Shown: piece after piece, positions 43,191 to 56,786 of the stretch
How the letters are laid out: each line of letters opens with the position of its first letter
How positions within the stretch are numbered: position 1 is the first letter of the stretch
From: Tubiluchus corallicola
Taxonomy: Eukaryota > Animalia > Priapulida
Direction: 5' to 3'
DNA length: 64,000 bases
Assembly (NCBI GenBank): GCA_030141605.1
Contig: JAQGDQ010000760.1
Coordinates: 36,838 to 100,837, forward strand
The notes under the pieces: generated by a model
What the model was told of the DNA's origin: nothing
The model's input: only the letters and a program-made list of their open reading frames with translations
Databases searched by the model: none
Translations under genes and position numbers: made by a program

Positions 43191-44286
43191 CAGGGGCGTC
43201 GTGCACCAAAAAAAATTGGGGGGGGGGCGACTGTATATAATGGCGGAACTTAACTGTTTAAAAAACGTATAATTTTGAAAAAAAATAAACAGTATTTTGC
43301 GTGCAAGAAAAACGATTTATTTATTCCCAACTGGCATTTAACTTAAAGCTATAGCAACGGAAACTTAATTAAAATTAAAAATTAAAATTTAATTGAGTAT
43401 TTATTAGCTGTCAGGAATCCGACGCACAACTATCAACGCAGAACATCACTCCAGAAGAGCTCAACCACAGACTTCAAGTCCATATTCTTTGTTTTCTCAG
43501 CCTCAACTGCAAGGATCATCGGGTCACTCAGTCGTGCCTGACTCATTGTACTGCGGAGAGCATTCTTGACAAATTGCGGGAACACGTTGGACTTGAAAAA
43601 TGAAGTCAGATTGGACTGCCTTGACATCGTTTAAGAAATATAGCTAAAATCGCAGCGAAAACTAGCAAAGATTTTCCTAGCAGGAGAAAAATGATGAAAT
43701 GTGCTCAAAATCACGCCCTTTTATGCAGCAAACTCGTGGGAAAGAGTCGCTAAGGAGTAGCAAAGAGTCGGTAATGTCCAATCAAGAGGTGGCTCAGCCG
43801 TGGCTCATCAATTTGTATCTCCCAAACCGACTCTGGTACTAGGCTAGCTGGACAAACTGACTCTCTGGTACTAGGCTAGCTCAACATGACTTCAATGTTT
43901 GCATTGTTTTTGCTCTATTATTTCACTTATTCTCTATTATAACACACTGCTGAACGAAGCTCAGTGCTAACTGAGCCGTTTTGTTAACTAACAGTCTTTT
44001 GTGCAAAGACGCTAGTGCTACTCAACAAGCTGCTTTGTTAACTGTTCCTGCCTGCCTCCTGAATAGATTACATGCAAACAAATTAACTACATCCTGACTT
44101 TCAGGTAAACACATACTCATGCTCATACTGTTCGCATTTCTGGAGCGCTGGCCCGCTACTGGGTGTCAAAAAGTCGGAAATAAATTTGCTTACCGGTCTC
44201 ATTACGAGCCGCTGACACCCTTCAAATTTTTGACATTTTGTAAAAAAAATTGGGGGGGGGCGGGCCCCTATGGCACGACGCCACTG
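43191..44286 (-). mobile_element. Internally deleted hAT transposon (ZMYM1/Tip100-like) between the SLC17 paralogues
   Basis: Terminal inverted repeats caggggcgtcgtgc / gcacgacgccactg; perfect 8-bp TSD gtaaacca (43183-43190, 44287-44294). ORF 43627-43433 contains the hAT C-terminal dimerisation motif KNALRSTMSQARLSD.MILAVE. Confidence 0.9.
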
Positions 44287-46249
44287 GTAAACCAGTGCCA
44301 TTAAACCTGTGTTGTAGTGGTGATTTTTTTGTAGTTGCTGAAGTGAAGAAAATCTTGAAAAATTTTGAGTAACACTTTTAACAACTGTAGGATCATAGAA
44401 TAATTCTGTACGTGAATAGTATATTATAATTGTCCTTGACTTGAATCTGGTGATTATAGTAGCGAATGCACTGCATTTTTAGTCTAAGAATTTTAATTAA
44501 ATGTCAGTTTATATTAGTTTATTCAACGTTCAACAATTTTTCATTTTTATGCTTCGTAGGTCTATAACTTCTCTACAGGTTGGAATGCTAAGTCAGGCGA
44601 CCAATTCTGTTTGAATTACCTGTCAATTCACCTGTGAATTACAAACATATAATTATAATACGGTTATAATCTGCCTAACCTATACGTAGATATGGCCATA
44701 ACGTCAAGCGAACAGCTATCGAACAACACGTTTGAGAGTAAATTTATTTAAGTCCTATAGATGAACGTAAGTCTTGCTGTGAAGTTTTTCACTTTATGTA
44801 AAAATGTTTTTTTAATTTTTAATGTTCTTTCATCGCTCGTGTGAAAACGTCGTAAAGAGTTCCTATTGAGTGAAAGTAAAACTTGAGTTTGAAATGCCTA
44901 TAAGCTATTGCAGCAGGCGTTACTGTCGCACTTCTGATTGTGATCTATTCTCGAGAATTATTAGTAAATTCATCCAGCCTACCACACAGTTCCCATTAAC
45001 TATTTCACTGAACCCTTCTTCTTAGACGAATTGTAAAATTTGAGTTTATTAAGTGTTTTTCTTCTTGCGTTATTGTTTTTGCACGCCTTTCATTGGCTAT
45101 AGTCTGCGATTAGAATCCTGCCCGGTAAACACTTGACGAACCATACCTGAATGCAGTGACTGGTCCAGAATACGAACTTGTTGAAGAGGTGCTCAGCCTA
45201 AACGATGTAAACACCTACTGAACTAATAGTCAAGTTACTTTTGGAAATAAATCCGAGTGTGCGTTTGATGAATTCAGTCATGCCGTTTAGGTAGTCCCGA
45301 TATTTGACTTTGTAACTTAAATGCTAAAGGAGGCATCGTCCGTTCAGAATCGAGTTTGCTACCATCGAAAAGGAAATGGAGAAAAAATGGACCGCGTTGA
45401 AAAACGAGTTATAGACAAAATGAATAAGATAAGTGTGGAAAAGGTGTAACTATACAAAGTGTTTATTTCGCGAGATTTAATGACTGTTCAGACTAAAATA
45501 TAAGGTTATAACGAGAAGCACACATAATATTTGACTAATAGATAAACGTATGTTAAAAATGCACCAGTCCTGAGAATTTTCATTGTGTGGTATAAATTGG
45601 CTGGGCATATGCACATGAAATTTAGAAGGCATGCTACAGGTTGCTACGCATGCAACTAATACATGCAACTACTAGCCTATTTTTGATGATAATAACGTTT
45701 CAGTGTTAATGAAATTAAAAAGTAGCGTAGCCATTACACTCGACCTGAAAAATATCATGGTAAAATAAGAGCTGGAAAGAGCAAAGGTATTTCATTGTAA
45801 CAATAAGGATTGTCAAGTCTCGAGTGAAATTGTGAAAGTAAAATAGCGATTCTTATCAGTAAAGCAAAAGTGAAAAAATTAATATTGGCAGGAAATGGAA
45901 GCAAATACAAAGAAGTTGTACGGATTCTTTGCTATTCATATTTTAACAGGTGTTAACCGCTTATCAACGTACATATTTAAGTCTACCAAATACACTTCAA
46001 TGCCAGGACTTTCTTGCCCAGAGCTTCGATAAGTGTCAGTCTTAGAAAAATTGAGACGTCGAGTTTCATATTCTTGTTCAGCATTTACCCGTTAAGACTC
46101 TGCTGAGTGCAGTGGAATGGACGGACTTCGTTGGTTCGATCACTGTGCAATGCAAGTGATTTCGAAGTGATTATTCCCGCTTAGTTTTGTTATTATATTT
46201 CGTGATTTTTGTATCACAGATCTGAAGGATAAGATACGAGACTCATAAA

Positions 46250-47490
46250 ATGGCGAAAACGAGAGAAGCCGAGTCACCTCGTGAAGCCAACGCACTCGAA
46301 GCTGGAACCCAGGTTAAAAAAGGTAACGCCAATATCATCGAATCTACCAGCTTGAAATATAATAATTAGGTAATTCCTTACCAAAAGCCAATTCATATGT
46401 CGTTTTGCACATCCTTTAAAAAATAGACTGACTGAAATGACGGTTTTCCAGATGTCGGTGCAACTGCTACTTACGTTATGTACATAAAAAACATCTCATA
46501 ATTAGAAAATGTTGCTACATATTTACTATGGTAACATGAAATAATTCCTCATAGCAAAATAGCAAAAATTTAAAAAATCCTCACAAAAATTAATTGAAGA
46601 GATACTAACTTTTAATAAGTCGCTATACTATCTTCAGGTAGTATGAAACAAGAAGAAAAACTACAAAACATCACCAAAAAGAATAATTGGTTTGGATTTT
46701 ATCACTTGTAACAAAATCAGAAGCCTAATTCAAAAAAAGTGTACTAATTTTGCCTCCCTGTTACGCCATGCAGTCATCCCTTAGTTGAATATGTGACAGG
46801 TTTATTGGTTGTTTAAAAACCTTCACCCTTTACCGTAAAGATCTGAGGCACCTAGCCATCTAAGCTACAACCAATACTCAACGTCAAAGAAGTAGATCCT
46901 GAGTTAGGCCTGAGATAGATATTAATTTGTTCAATTTATAAGTTTGTGACTTAGAAGATTTGAATTCATAAAACTCATAATTCCTGTCATTTTCCCCTTG
47001 TTCTTGAATTCTCATTACTCAAGAGATAAACTCAAACTCTTACTTACTAAGTGATGATGGCAAGATTACGATATTAGCTGCAAAGTTTTTTTACGAAATG
47101 TTTTAATAAAATGAACTTGTAAAACAATAATAAGGCCCGCATAATTGAATATTATCTACATAGCAGTTCAAATAACTTTAAAATTCAAGGATTAACTAAT
47201 TATTGTTGTTCTCTGCTATTGGGATAACTTATTTATGATCTTATTCTTTTCTTTTTCTTTAAATGTATTGTTTTTATGTGAAATGAGATAGGTGATGCTA
47301 AACCAAACGTTTAGGTTTATTGTCTGCATATATTGTGTTATATTGTATTGTATTGTATCGTATCGTATCGTATCGTATCGTATCGTATTGCATTGCATTG
47401 TATTGTGTTGCGTTGCATTGCATCGCATTGCATTGCGTTGTGTTGTGTTGTGTTGTTTTGCACTGCATTGTATTGTATTCATTAATAAAG

Positions 47491-47585
<95 letters not shown>

Positions 47586-50500
47586 TTCAGCACCTTTCTT
47601 ATTTTCGGCAAGATTTGGCCTTGTCGTAGTTTGCTTCTTTGGTTTTGTCGTTCTCTACTTGTTGAGATTTAATCTGAGTGTGGCCATGGTGTGCATGGTG
47701 AATAATACAGCAGTCAGAGAATTGGCCGGAAATGCTGACCAAAACGAAAGTGAAAGGTATGGACAATGTCCAGCGGACAAAACTACCGTGCAGCATGAGT
47801 TAAAATCGGTAAGTTAGACATTTACATCACAAAGGCAGGCATTAGGCAGGAAAAATTCTAAAATAAAAGAAATCGCCCAAAAGCTAGACACTGCTATGCC
47901 AGCGGCTTGTCAGCACCACTTCCGTTTTGATATTCAAAACGTCAAGATTCAAATAACCTTTCCTTGAAGCATGCCATGGTACATTGACGTCTCATCAAAA
48001 ACAATCACAGTTAAAATTTCACTCCTAAAAGTACAGTTCAACGTAGAGTGGGCGTGGAGAGGAGAGGGTGGACATCAGTTGGCTAGTATGTGGAGTAGGC
48101 AAAGCAGAGCACAGTGCAGTAGAATGGAGTGAAGGGAGTAAATTTGAGTGTAGTGAAGTGGAGAGGAGCAGACAGGAGCAATACTGGATACTGCGTAAAA
48201 CGGAGTAAAATGATGAAATCAATCAGGGTAGAATCGAGTAAAATAGCACAAAGAGTCATTATTTGAAGTGGTATAGATCTGTATTAGCATCAGTAATTGT
48301 TATGGAGTACAATCAGTTTATAACGAGTTTTGAGGGACCTTGAAAATTTGATCTCTATAACCAAGTCTCGTTATAGCCGATGTCTATTGTCTGAGTGTAT
48401 GTATAAGATCGAAATGAAGCCTATAAGGTGGATATGATGTAATAAGCCTCGTTATAAGTGGATTATACTGTATTGCATCCGACTACGTAAAAGATTCATA
48501 ATTTATAATTAATAAAATTATCTAATTGTTTTGCTTCAGAGAAGCCCGTATTAAATATCCGGAAAACTTGTATTTTTCTCACTCTGTCGCTCGCTATATA
48601 TTTCGGGGGAAAATTAATAAGTTAAAGAGCGCAGCTGTCTGTGGGTCTGCTGTTTACCGCCTTATATTACAATAAATTTTACATTGTCTAATTATTATCT
48701 ATGATTTATTTATGTAGTAACCGCTGGTATTTTTAAATTCTGTATGTATTTTTATTGTATTTTTGTAAGTTTTTGTAGCTCTTTCAATACTGCAAGACGA
48801 AAATAATTAATAATAGATGTAGATGCGCATTAGGCCTACGAATATCCTAGTTGAACGGAACATGACGAAAAAAGTATTTTATGTGTGGTAACTGCAATTA
48901 TTATAAATAATAGTGCACAAACATTCGTCTTGAGCTCACGAATTTAATCGAAGGAAAGGGCATGGCCTTGTGCTCTAGCAATTTAGTTCACGCTATTTTG
49001 ATTGTTGAAAAAATTAATCTTATTAAACTCGCAAGAGGGATTACACAGCAATTTGCACTTCACACATTATAACAATGTGATCGACTTAAAATTTAATTAT
49101 AATAAGTATTATATCTCTTTTCAAATTATTCAGTCATACATTAAATTATCTTTTACATGCAATTATCATATTTGTAAGCTGGTTTTATATAATCGTTTCT
49201 GCTTCGATGAGGAATCTGCGTTTGTAATGGGATAGAAAAAACTTCTTTTCGTTTTCACGAAATTCCTGTTTAGACACGGAGCCTTTTTTTCGAGCGAGTC
49301 TTTTGAGTTGTCAGTGGGGTGAATTAATGCGCGAACAGATCAAATACTGCAGGATAGGCCAAGACCCAGAAATTTTTTTCAGGTTGACTCAAATAAACGT
49401 CTCACACGCCTTGATATCAGAGATGATGTATTGATCGTCTTTAAAAACGTCTCTTGTACCCATGGCAAAAATCAGACAAGTTGTTGTGGGCGGGTTTTGC
49501 CTCATGTGTACTGATAAACGTGCTTATTTTTCTGTGTCACACAAACTCACTTTACTCCCGTGTGAACGCTCGCACACGCAGACAGTAGGCTGCATGCAAA
49601 TTTTTTTGCCGTGAGAGACTAGTGTTGGATTCCTAAGGTACTAGGATGTCAAGCAAAACTATTTGCAAATTATTAGCTCATTTACGTGAATATATAGCGG
49701 TAGAAAACTCAAAAAAGCTTAAATAAAGTATTTAACCCAACTTTACATAAGATCAGGTCACTTTTGATAAGAAAGAAATTTATGATTAACTATACAAAAC
49801 ATTTCATGAACACTGGCACAGTGTAGTAGGTAAATTGTCAATTTTTATTTTTTTTTCAGACAGGAAGATTTATTTGGGATAAAAGTATACAAGGTCTCGT
49901 TCTCAGCGCTTTCTTTTGGGGATTTTTGTTAACAAATTTAGTCGGCGGCTGGTTGGCGACACAGTTTGGTGGCAAAAGAGTGTATGGATATTCACTGTTG
50001 CTGACGTCAGTGTTAACTCTTTTTACTCCACCAGCAGCAAATTACAGTTATAAAGCCTTGCTAGCAGTTCGTGTAGGACAAGGACTGGGGGAAGTATGAC
50101 TTTTTCATTATACTATAATTTATTCTATTAGATTAATTAATCGTGCCATTGTAGTATTGTATTTTATGTATCCTTTTGTTTTTATTTTGATTTTTATGCA
50201 ACATTTTTTCAATTTTCAATGTTTTGGAAGTATTATTAACTTTCTCTTTTACAATTCCTTAAAATTACTTATTTTATTTCATTGAAATATTACTCCACCT
50301 TCTTAAATTAAGGATAATACATCCTGTAGTAAATAACGCTTCAATTCCTGAAATGATTATTTTTTATCTCATAATAACTAAAGGTTATTGGATGGAAATA
50401 ATTACGTCAACGAAGCAAAACAATTATTACTCTCCGGGGAAAGTGAAATGCTAAAACAAGCTTTAACAAGTACAACATAACATTGATTTTTCTAGGGCGT

Positions 50501-53500
50501 GGTTTTCCCCGCAATGCACGCTTTCTGGGGCAGCTGGGCTCCGCCTTTCGAGAGATCAAAGCTCGTCACACTAACGCTTACAGGTATTAAAACAAACATT
50601 TAGCATTTACTGACAACATCTTGGTCGTTATGCAAGCGATCCTTTCGGGTTTCTAATAAAATAGTTCTTTTTTAAATAAAGATGACTAATTTTAAAACTT
50701 AAAGGTAAGGCATACATTACAGGCATGTCTGTCGAGAAAAGCGTAAAATAAATCTGTTTACTGCGGCACTTTCACACTTTATCTAGACCTTTGTATAATG
50801 GATCTATATAAAACGGTAAAGTGTAGAATGAACATAACTCCTGTTGAATCGAATTTTCCCTAGATATAGGTGTTGTATGGAATAAATAAAACGACTTAGA
50901 CACATTATGCAAGCTGTTCAAGCGAGTCGGCGAGTTAATTGTTTTTATAGGCAACTGATGTGACACCATCATCTCTGACATGCTGCTGAATCAGACGAAC
51001 CACTTTCCATACCTAGGAAAGCCGGCCTTCAATAAATGCATTACCAAAAAGGGCGTCGGCAGTGGAACATCGAATTGGAGCAGCTCATTTGGTCTTTGAG
51101 AGAAGCTCATGAAACGAGTCATTAAGAGGAAAGATGTAAACTCAAAATGAAATCTGATGGTCTATGAAGCTGTCAGCAGCTTAACTTTGCACTATGGCGG
51201 CGATACTTTGACTCTCTTTATCGTGGGATCAAAAAGCTAGAACACTTCCATTGGGAAAATCTCTGTTCTTCCAAAAGATTACAAAATGCCCTCTTTGTCG
51301 CTACAAAAACAAATCCAAATCCAATCTCAAATACATGGGCCCACTTTCACAAAGCCTAACCTAAATTAATGACGTCGTTATTAATAGTTAAGTGAATGTA
51401 ATAAGCCAGTGACGATTTGTTTTACTTTTACATTAACTAAAATTTATTACGCATTCTATAAAATGCCTAAGAAAAGTACATGATTTATCTAAGAATTACA
51501 TAATTTGCCTACACAGACTTTTGCATCATACGTAATGCTTAGGAAAGCTGTAGAAGAAGTTATTTTAGACACTTTACGTTGTCTGTTTTGGCACTCCATA
51601 AAATGCCTAGGCACTCTACAGAATACCCAGTTTCACACTTTGCCTGTAATATATATAATGTGAGGATCATTATTATGCAGCATAATGCAAAATGTGAGGA
51701 TCATTATTATGCAGCGTAATGCAGAAGGTGAGGATCATTATTATGCAGCGTAATGCAACATGTGAGGATTATTATTATTATGCAGCGTAATGCAGAAGGT
51801 GAGGATCATTATAATGCAGCGTAATGCAATATGTGAGGGTCATTATTAGCAGCGCATTGCAGTATATGAGGGTCATTATTACGCAGCGTAATGCTATATG
51901 TGAAGATCATTATTAGGCAGTGTAATGCAATACGTGATGGTCATTATTATGCAGCGTAATGCAAAAAACATATGTAGAACCTGAAATCAGTCTAATTACT
52001 GCCCCTGTCTTTCAAGCAGTGCAACAATAAGACACTGCATGCGATTGTTTTGTTCTTTCCTTTGTTTAGGTTCTCAAGTTGGAAACATTTTAGTCTTCCC
52101 TTTCTCTGGTTTACTATGCGATTCGCCTGGATGGCCGTCTGTATTTTACATTATGGGTAAGCCGTTTCGGTGTGATTATGCTAATCGATGCACATTAGAG
52201 GGCAGCACATGTAGTTTGTGTATTATATGATCTGTATTTACCTGCTAAATAAAAAATTTGTAATAATAATGATAGCAGCTCACCATTGCCAGACATAAAT
52301 AAGCCTATATCACAAACGTCTGTTGGACGAGGTGAACATCCTAGCAGACACTATGTATGCTTGGCGACTGAAGTTAAGCAACGCAGAGCCTAGTCAGGGA
52401 ATGGATATGTGAGCTCGAGTACTGCCCGGTTGAAACGCTGGCATTAAACGTGGCTGGAAGAATTCGGAATCAATTATATGTTTCAAAAATCAACGAACTA
52501 ATATGTTTATAATAAGACTCATCATATCAACCTTTTCCGTTGCTGTTCTGTTGGGCAAAGTGAAACTGCAATACACTTGTATCTTGCTTGAAGTAATGGA
52601 GCAATGAAAAAAACACCAACGATAAGTATTCTCATACAGAGATTTTGCTCGCAGGGCTAAAAATTGCGTATTTTCAGCTGCTTTCGGATGTGTCTTGAAT
52701 GATAACTAAGTCTCAAACTAGCTTTCAGTTAACTGCTTTGGCTACATTTGTCTAGATCGTTGCTCCAGTCTTCTTATGAAACTACAAATAATTATCTCCT
52801 TTTGGCATAAAAAGACTTGCTTCTTCAATTGACACACTGTTTTACTCGGATTAATGTTAAATTACCATTGCCATTATTTCCAAAAATGTTTGTTTGTCTA
52901 TCTGTCTGTCTGTCTGTTTGTTTGTTTGTTTGTTTTTGTTTGTTTGTTTGTATGTATGCATGTTTGTTTGTTTGTATGTATTTATGTATGCGTGTTTGTT
53001 TGTTTGTATGTTTGTTTGTTTGTTAATTTGTTGGTTTTTCAGTAAGGGAGTTGAGAAGAATAAATAATGTTCATACCAAATTATAGTTCTTTTTCTTCAG
53101 GGGCATCTGGAATTGTCTGGTTCATATTCTGGTTATTCTTTGCTTATGACACACCTCGACAGCACCCCAGAATCTCAAAAGAGGAGTTAGAATACATAGA
53201 GAGTTCCCTGAAAGGTCAAGTAGCCGAGGTAATCACGTGCCTAACTAATTTGTATGTGTAACCTACCAAAGTCAGCGCAAGTGGCTTATAAATTTAACAC
53301 TATTTTGAAAGACTTGGAAAAAAGTATAAATAATTTTTAATTTCAGTGACTAAATTTAGCGAAGTAAACTTTAATGAAGTAACTTAGCTAAATGTTCTAC
53401 TTCTTATCTACACGTTGGTTAATCATATGCAAAATATTGCACATTTTTGCAAAACTAGATGCAGAAGTTCTTGATTCAACGTTTTTTTTCGTGTTTCAGC

Positions 53501-55929
53501 ACCCCAGTATACCTTGGAAGCCCTTGCTGACGTCACTCCCGATGTGGTCAATTGTCGTCAATCACTGTGTTCTGGCTTGGGGGTTCTATACGCTGGTTAC
53601 TACGCTGCCAACGTTTATGAGTGAAATATTAAGACTTGATATTAAAACGGTGAGAAAAAGATCACAGTTAACTCTTTACTTTGTAACAAAATAATGCTAA
53701 CTCTTCTAATGTGTCGGAGACATTATACCACTGCTGCACGGCGTATCCAACACTAACGTTTTTACTAACTTTGATAATTGTGGCAAAGACTATTTTCTAT
53801 GTTCTCGTTTAGAATAATTCTTTTTAATAAGTCAATGAACCGCCAAAGACGTCTGATGCATATACAATCCCCTTCAACGTGGCAGTCCTCCCTTATGAAT
53901 AGCTGGGGAGTGCGAAAGACAAACATGTCAGTATGGTATGGTCACTAATCTAGCTATACTTGGTATTTGCTTAACTTTGTAGCCAGATTCACGCCCGTGT
54001 GCATGGATTAGCCGCCGTGCCATACACTAGTATAGGTGGACGACTGTGAGATGAGATGGATTGTCACTCTAGCATTCACAGTAATGACAGATAGCCTATG
54101 TGAACTAACAAATAAACTGACAGGCAGATGGTTATATGCTCAGGAGGATGAACATGCAGACAGCTGAACGGACAGGTACACAGGCAGGTAGATATACAGA
54201 CACACACAGTGTAGTAATTATAGCAACCATTAACTTTTCAGAATGGTTTGTATTCGGCCTTGCCATGGATTGCCTGCACTATTACAATGAATGTTAGTGG
54301 CTTCTTGGCAGACGAACTGCGAGAGAGACGCATGTTAAGTACGCAGAATGTGCGACGACTTGTTAACACTATAGGTACTATGATTAGTTGATTATGTCAT
54401 TCGTTTAAAACTAAACAAAACTGTATTAGTGTTATGTTAACACTATAGATACAATGATTACGTCATCGCTTACCCACAAAAATTATAAAGAAAAGCATGT
54501 TATAGTCGTTTGCTAATACTGTAGGTACTATGATGACGTCATCGCTTACTACTAAAGTTGTGAGTAAAAGTCTTTCCTATGCTACAATTCTTATGTACGC
54601 GTATACCTTTAAATAGAAACATAAATTATTGACGCCTCTTCAGTGGATTTTTACCATTGTATGATTATTATAACTAAGTAGACCTAACAACTTACAACCA
54701 CATTTCATGAAAACTAGTAAACACGCTTTATCATGCTGGCACATTAGTCTAACAGTCTCTAATTTATTAGTTAGTGGTACAAATCATACTTACTTTCAAG
54801 CAATTATCTAGTTTAATCTGCCTTGTTTAATATAAATAACGCCACTCTTTAACGTTGTCAACTGCTGCTATTTGCATGATTACGAAAAACGCTTTTGCGT
54901 AAGTAAAAAAAGTCACATTACATATACCTGTTTAAAACTTTTGCACTGCCAAATTCTTCTGAATGTGACTGCGTAGTAATATTGACAGCTTTTAATACTT
55001 AAATGTCAAAAAAGTTCTTACTTCAAGTCTTCAATGTCAGCTATCGTTTTGGCACTATCTATATAGCTGCTCTCAATGATGCTCGCTCCTAATTATTACG
55101 ACTTTACGTATGAAAAACAAATTAAATTCATTCTTAGCAGCGCTAGGTACAGTTCTATAAATATGTGTGGTAAATCAGACCGTAGCACACCAATTTGCCG
55201 TAATTAATTTTCTTCTTCCAGGCATTGCTTTACCCGGTGCATTACTGGTACTCGGCGGTTACCTGAGCTGTGATCAAAAATCTGGATTCATCGCCTTGCT
55301 GGTTGTGGGGCAGGGACTATTTGGCTTCACCTACGCCTCCACGTTTCCAAGCATGGTGGACATTGCGCCTCGATACGGCGGAGTGATATTCGGCATTGCC
55401 AGTACAGTGGCCACATTGACTGGCATTGCTTCACCGTACGTCGTCAGCATACTGACATCGCACGTAAGTTAGGAATGTAGTAGTACTAGTGGTGATAGTT
55501 GTGGTGGCGGTGGCGTTGCTGGTGTTGGCGGGAGTGGTAGTGCTGATAGCAGTCGAAGTAGTAGTAAGTAGGTCAGTCGGTCAGTCAGTCAACTTATTAG
55601 CCACATGATGCTAAAGAATGTCTTTTTGCTATTATTGAAAGATGATTATTCAAAGGAAAGTTGTTAATTCTTTGTTTTAATTTTCATAACAGCAAACACA
55701 AAAGGAGTGGCAGCTGGTCTTCTGGATATCATTTGCAATTCAGCTGGCAGGAGGCGCCTTCTACAACATATTTATTTCTGGAGAAGTGCAAGACTGGGCG
55801 AAAGACACGAAAGATATCAAAGCGCTTCATAATGACAGAAGTTCCATTGTTTTGAGGGAAGAAGCAGACACAGAGAATCCAGCTTTTCAAACTGTTTTAC
55901 CTGAAGAGGCGTTTGAGACAAAATTGTGA
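46250..55929 (+). CDS. SLC17 family (sialin/NPT-like) transporter, copy B, 10 coding exons
   Basis: Exons 46250-46322, 47591-47808, 49860-50093, 50496-50583, 52070-52156, 53101-53228, 53500-53649, 54242-54374, 55222-55463, 55693-55929. Same intron positions and phases as copy A; ends ...FETKL*. Confidence 0.92.
47330..47585 (+). repeat. Compound microsatellite: (TATTG/TATCG/TGTTG)n followed by ~30 (ATT) units
   Basis: Read directly from the sequence; ends immediately before the ttttcag acceptor at 47590. Confidence 0.95.
48310..48472. mobile_element. Probable pogo/Tigger-like MITE remnant
   Basis: Repeated ctcgttata / tataacgag motifs, ending in ...ggattatactg|ta. Confidence 0.4.
50985..51270 (+). 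mobile_element. RTE-clade LINE remnant
   Basis: Frameshifted [25 protein letters not shown]...[11 protein letters not shown] and IKKLEHFH motifs. Confidence 0.7.
51657..51965 (+). repeat. Minisatellite, ~9 x 34 bp
   Basis: Unit gtgaggatcattattatgcagcgtaatgcaa(t/c)at, repeated contiguously. Confidence 0.92.
52367..52415 (+). other. 5S rRNA-derived fragment (probable SINE part or pseudogene)
   Basis: ACTGAAGTTAAGCAACGcagaGCCtaGTcAGggaaTGGATatGTGA follows the 5S internal control region (A box, intermediate element, C box) as recalled for invertebrate 5S; the flanks do not match 5S. Confidence 0.6.
52885..53025 (+). repeat. (GTTT/GTAT/GTCT)n microsatellite
   Basis: Read directly from the sequence. 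Confidence 0.95.
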
Positions 55930-56786
55930 CATCACTAGACTGCTAGTCGCAGTAGAAAAATTATTTAATAGTCTAAGAATATTATATAAGTTTTGTAGAG
56001 TAAATAAAACGTATAACAACAAACAAATGTGAATGTGCTGTTTGTCATTTTGTAAACTTTGTCGGGCACAGATTTTTATTATTAAGCATGCTTAAATTCC
56101 TGGATCCAACAATCTCGCCATGCTCGTGCGTGCGGGCTGAGTGCAACAATTTGCGCCTGGCGAAATCAGAACAGACCTATAAAAACCGATGATTTTGTCA
56201 CTTTAGTGAACTTCTCACCGATAGTAAGTCTGCGAGAATACTGCTAAATAAATGAAACATTTAACCGAGCCTGAAGAACCAACAGTGCGTGAAGATTCCA
56301 CATCGTAGCCCCAGTTTAAACATGTAAAATTAGCGAAATACAAATTTTTTTTTGCCCACTCATGCGTAATTGCCTATCTGAAATCTAAACATATCTATAG
56401 AACTTGCTGTCAAATTAAACTGTAAGCATATATTACTGTTCTGACTAATAGATGGCCGTCCACTAGAGTGTTTGCCTGGCCTGGTCTTTGCTGTAGGGCT
56501 CATGATAGCCAGAGAATGTAATATCCGGTATGCGGAACATTCTCTGCCTAGCTAACATGCGTTTTTGCTCAAGAAAATGACCTTGTGCGTTTATTAATTT
56601 TAGGCACCTGGCGTTTTACAATGAAATAACTGCAACACCAAGGACTCAAGTTGATCTTTAAACTGAACAAGCTGCGCAGCCGCTGATTTGTTTACTTTAG
56701 TTATACAGCTAGAATTAGCATTAACATTGCAGACTTATGTAGAGACTTATGTAGGCTGTGTGACTATTTAAGTTAAAGGCGAAGAT

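Noticed and set aside
47216-47672. Poly-Ile / poly-Leu ORFs
   Set aside because: Produced by the (ATT)n and pentamer microsatellites; only 47591-47808 is a real exon.
51657-51965. Regular ~34-bp repeats resembling a CRISPR array
   Set aside because: Units are contiguous with no unique spacers, there are no cas genes, and the context is a eukaryotic intron.
53990-54035. Possible Helitron 3' end (GC-rich stretch followed by CTAGT)
   Set aside because: No convincing hairpin or 5' end could be identified.
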